A stretch of DNA of 54,449 bases, counting the filler, from Stramenopiles sp. TOSAG23-3 (taxonomy: Eukaryota), in NCBI GenBank assembly GCA_900128585.1. It is 4 parts of 4 records of this genome, joined end to end, with 100 filler letters (N's around TTAATTAATTAA, not from the genome) between each part and the next. Parts side by side here need not be neighbours in the genome. Positions count along the whole stretch, not along the records: positions 40,951 to 54,449 come from LT642623.1; 3 more parts are not named here. The stretch is one strand, 5' to 3'. The notes beneath the pieces were generated by a model that saw only the letters and a program-made list of their open reading frames with translations, did no database searches and was not told the origin of the DNA. Shown in pieces: positions 52,301 through 54,449 of the stretch. The position numbers were made by a program, and so were the translations under genes. Numbering within the stretch: the first letter of the stretch is position 1; every line of letters starts with the position of its first letter.

Positions 52301-52878
52301 TGATTCACGAAGTGCACATTGGCCACTTTCAGGACGAATCTTCGAAATACATGGTAACCACGTACTTCGTTTCTTGGATCCTTGTCAGCGTCTGTTTGTG
52401 GATGAACTTGGTGATCTCTGCGTTTCTTGCAACGTACGGTCACGAGCTCGATAAGGCGAAAGCAAATTCTACCCACGCTAACCGCACGCAATCTAGCAGA
52501 GTGTACTTACGGGGACTATCCGAACACTTCGAGACAACTACGTACTATAACCGATTTCTAAATATGAAACAATCGTTGCTTACAAAATTGGAAATTGTTT
52601 TAAAAGAATCGTTTGGAGCCACTCGAGTCTGCGCTCTCTCCGGGAAATCTTACCCTTCTGAATTTTGCCCGTATATGATTCTTCCTACATGTTTCGACGA
52701 TATAGAGCCCCGGCCCGTTTCATTTCGTGCCTTTATTCAAATGTGCGATTCTGGAATTGGTGAAAAGGAGGAATTCTCCGTTAAGAAAACCGATTCGCTG
52801 CAAAAACAAATTAATAAACACGAAGGTTTATTAGATGTTGAGATGGACGTTATGCGCAAGGCCACGGCACAACACTAG
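49363..52878 (+). CDS. TPC: Two-pore channel (TPC) with EF-hand linker
   Basis: Two 6TM repeats. RALRPFFL. Pore I LLFGSVNYPDVQMP. FLNMVLAEVFQAW. EF-hands DQDGSGTIDFEEF and NSDGDDVLTLSEF. S4-II FLRLLRIFR. Pore II FDSF..AVLTLWSVTILNNW. Start at first plausible ATG (MDPTKK). Confidence 0.9.
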   Translation: MDPTKKEWQVEASESLPNGSISQTAPQGNTPEIAGGKGVGIVRSAVETETGEKQENTEGVAPKQIAVANAATVQLLPKPGGGKANNSSATPPGTAGSAALPIAGGEDQKPTIELAPMSAKEETTGSEAEPQNRKMMHYVLAIQRAIKAFEDNAQVLDSDAANTRERANTAIKTLKSYCSSTATGKAGGGGARGTAWEGRNQRLSRFEISAIEANTTLTDQLDKLGIVKGELDESFAKLVYARNAEDPSEVSMNAKRAAMLLQDAFSNRDPNHILTTDFDLLIYSWLSSRTVKRFFLLMGFFHLSIAFVEEKGYGLLSSNPSKYVWSATALLGIEYFFMALYGLNLLFILRVYRSIRSWNIAFLCIWFVSMVDLIYASAQKEPNSVMRITRALRPFFLVYRSRPMKDMISGFIQAAKRLLPLFVFIILLLILQAVVGVSMFPRSCGDVESAGARVRPPACQTEDWISLFSSQLKNNISLMYSSNGSQTLDVICESEKTPVQLCKELKSIPGAYYAQGQNYFDSLYMSVLQLLYLLFGSVNYPDVQMPAVLTLNYGYILYFATSLLMGILFLNMVLAEVFQAWKTGSEKSFLHNYRRQRTALIECFVVMDQDGSGTIDFEEFRAVVELVRKETKEDYHLLSEIFGRVNSDGDDVLTLSEFFTVCDALWLMKTKEEKFLHASMHDIPPHLTVQKFSRLDRMAMQHFNDARKMYIGQHCKTVKKTSCFHRVYYQGLFPSLRTALRSKWVEAVFLVVVLFTVVAFYGEIDSTLKCDGTSQKHFQTMQWVGIVLLSLEVILKVLAVGARGYFGVGWWRFDLLTLLAAIVGNLIHAFIGLDRCVDPKKTEGMFSYSFGSFLKTTVFLRLLRIFRYVAQTQSIPGSSTLRLMRDSLLAFAPNIWPFFCLYVSIVYIYAILGVYAFGGDTLRYEGKSIGGFKAAGDFSFKEGDLTINVRGPYLTAITFDSFLGAVLTLWSVTILNNWHLIHEVHIGHFQDESSKYMVTTYFVSWILVSVCLWMNLVISAFLATYGHELDKAKANSTHANRTQSSRVYLRGLSEHFETTTYYNRFLNMKQSLLTKLEIVLKESFGATRVCALSGKSYPSEFCPYMILPTCFDDIEPRPVSFRAFIQMCDSGIGEKEEFSVKKTDSLQKQINKHEGLLDVEMDVMRKATAQH

Positions 52879-53156
52879 TCGCACTAAAAACACAAATGTT
52901 TTCCCTCCCCAGTATTTTTTTTAATAAAAAAAAACATATGATTTAATCTTAATATTTTCAGCATTAATGATTATTAGTAAACAACCAAAAACGCGTTTTG
53001 TACGCGGGGTGACAAAAAATGGCGACAGACTGACTCGCACGTGTTTGTTTTCTTCTTCTTTCTTTCAGAGTCACAAAGTGGGAAAAGTCTGTTCTCGCAA
53101 AGTGCGCGCACTTCTTCTTCTAAATCTTAAATTTGTACTTCGAAACTTAATTTAAT

Positions 53157-53960
53157 TTACTGGAACTGTTTTTGGCTGTACATGCACGCCACTGCTTGGT
53201 AAATTTCAATCGAGACCATCATGTCCATTTCCAAAATCGACGTTTGGATTCTGCCTTTTATGTGAGGAACTTTACCATGGCCTTTATGTTTTGGTATCAA
53301 CGAATTTGGCCTCCCACTTACGTTTTTTACAAATATGTCCTTGAGCCTTTCTTTTGCTCCTGCTTTTAGCATTCGTTCTACCCACGAAGGAAATGCTGGC
53401 AACGCGAGGCTCCACCACTTAAATGCAGCCCCTAGTTGTTTCTCTGTACAAAATCCATCGATGGGGCCATGGACCATAGCCAACAACGGCATAAACACGG
53501 TGGACTGCGCCGACGGCGGTTCTCCTTTTTTTGTTTGCGGCCAGTCGGTACAGCAAGTCAAGGTTTCTTCAAACCCAGGGACTGGCATTTGGGGGCGTGG
53601 TTTCAAACTAAGATTGGTGATGGGAGCATAGCCGCCACTGTATAGACGACCACTTCTATCGTCCGCACCGTCAATCTTTAAACCCCAATATTTCCCGAAC
53701 TTGTGAAAGCGCCCGTCCTGTTTCAGTGCAGTTCCTGCGACTTGTGGGTTTCCAGTAAAGGCAGGGAGGGAAGCAACGCTGAGGATCTCACTCACTTTTA
53801 GCCTACAGCCTTTCTTTCCAACCGACCCACTTTTAGCTGCAAAATAGTCGTGCAAACAATCTTTCCAGAACGCTAAGTCGGGAGCCGTCATTCTTCCCTG
53901 TTTCCCAGACGGCTTACCAGCACCAGACGAAGCGTTAGAACTCGTTGCGAGCGTCGCCAT
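53157..53960 (-). CDS. Hypothetical protein with possible HARE-HTH-like winged helix
   Basis: GC-rich ORF. LKVSEIL...ALKQDGRFHKFGKYWGLK resembles the HARE-HTH/RNAP-delta wing motif DGRF....WGL. The 3' end is uncertain. Confidence 0.6.
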   Translation of the reverse strand: MATLATSSNASSGAGKPSGKQGRMTAPDLAFWKDCLHDYFAAKSGSVGKKGCRLKVSEILSVASLPAFTGNPQVAGTALKQDGRFHKFGKYWGLKIDGADDRSGRLYSGGYAPITNLSLKPRPQMPVPGFEETLTCCTDWPQTKKGEPPSAQSTVFMPLLAMVHGPIDGFCTEKQLGAAFKWWSLALPAFPSWVERMLKAGAKERLKDIFVKNVSGRPNSLIPKHKGHGKVPHIKGRIQTSILEMDMMVSIEIYQAVACMYSQKQFQ

Positions 53961-54449
53961 TTTCCCTCCAAAACACAAACGTGCTACCTATCTAATACAG
54001 ATGCGTCAAAAATAAAATCTTGTTCAACGTAGGGGAAAAAATGACAAAAACACTAATATTCATCTAATTGAAGTTGTTTATAATATTTAATAACCTTTAT
54101 CCACCGCCGCCGACGATGATCGATCCGACCAATAATAATCTTCTTCTACTAAAAAAATACTCTCTATACTACATTATAATACTAGGGGAGGAGGACAACA
54201 ACAACAACACGACAACAAATTATTAATTCAACAACAACAACAACGAACAATTATTATTTATTGCAAATTACATTTATGTGATTATCAAAACCTTTTGAGT
54301 TTTATTAAACAAGAAAAAGACAACATTTTCAGTAGTATATACTAGATTTCAGGTGTTTTACCTTAAATTATCCACTTTTCACTTTAACAGCATAATATCA
54401 TCACAAAAAATAAATTAGTAAAAATTTTAGAAATATTTTCCTTAAAAAC

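Noticed and set aside
43569-52878. CNBD channel and TPC on the same scaffold as a functional ion-channel cluster
   Set aside because: They are separated by unrelated UGT and Sel1 genes. Adjacency in a gene-dense eukaryote is not evidence of a system without conserved synteny.

Overview
This is eukaryotic, gene-dense, intron-poor genomic DNA, with GC-richer genes separated by very AT-rich, microsatellite-laden spacers. The gene set (EFHC/Rib72, cytosolic HSP90, VPS9, TPC, CNBD channel) suggests a flagellated protist, possibly a stramenopile; the taxon is an inference. The window is not one locus. It is four ~13.5 kb scaffolds (13,574, 13,554, 13,522 and 13,499 bp, in descending length) joined by artificial N44-TTAATTAATTAA-N44 linkers, so gene neighbourhoods across the linkers are meaningless. 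About 23 protein-coding genes are supportable. I saw no rRNA, tRNA or CRISPR array. The most interesting items are: (1) a probably spliced, membrane-anchored phage-tailspike-like protein with an intact Peptidase_S74 autocleavage chaperone; (2) a CNBD channel lacking both the GYG filter and the cNMP-binding Arg; (3) a two-pore channel combining EF-hands with an animal-like xNN filter; (4) a C2 domain apparently split by two nested C2 domains and a GYF-like domain; (5) a probably spliced zinc-finger/multi-TM/ricin-lectin orphan; (6) a ~35 bp dispersed repeat near gene 3' ends, plus a TA-flanked MITE candidate; (7) a 7-bp duplication that frameshifts a large gene. I found no multi-gene operon-like system.
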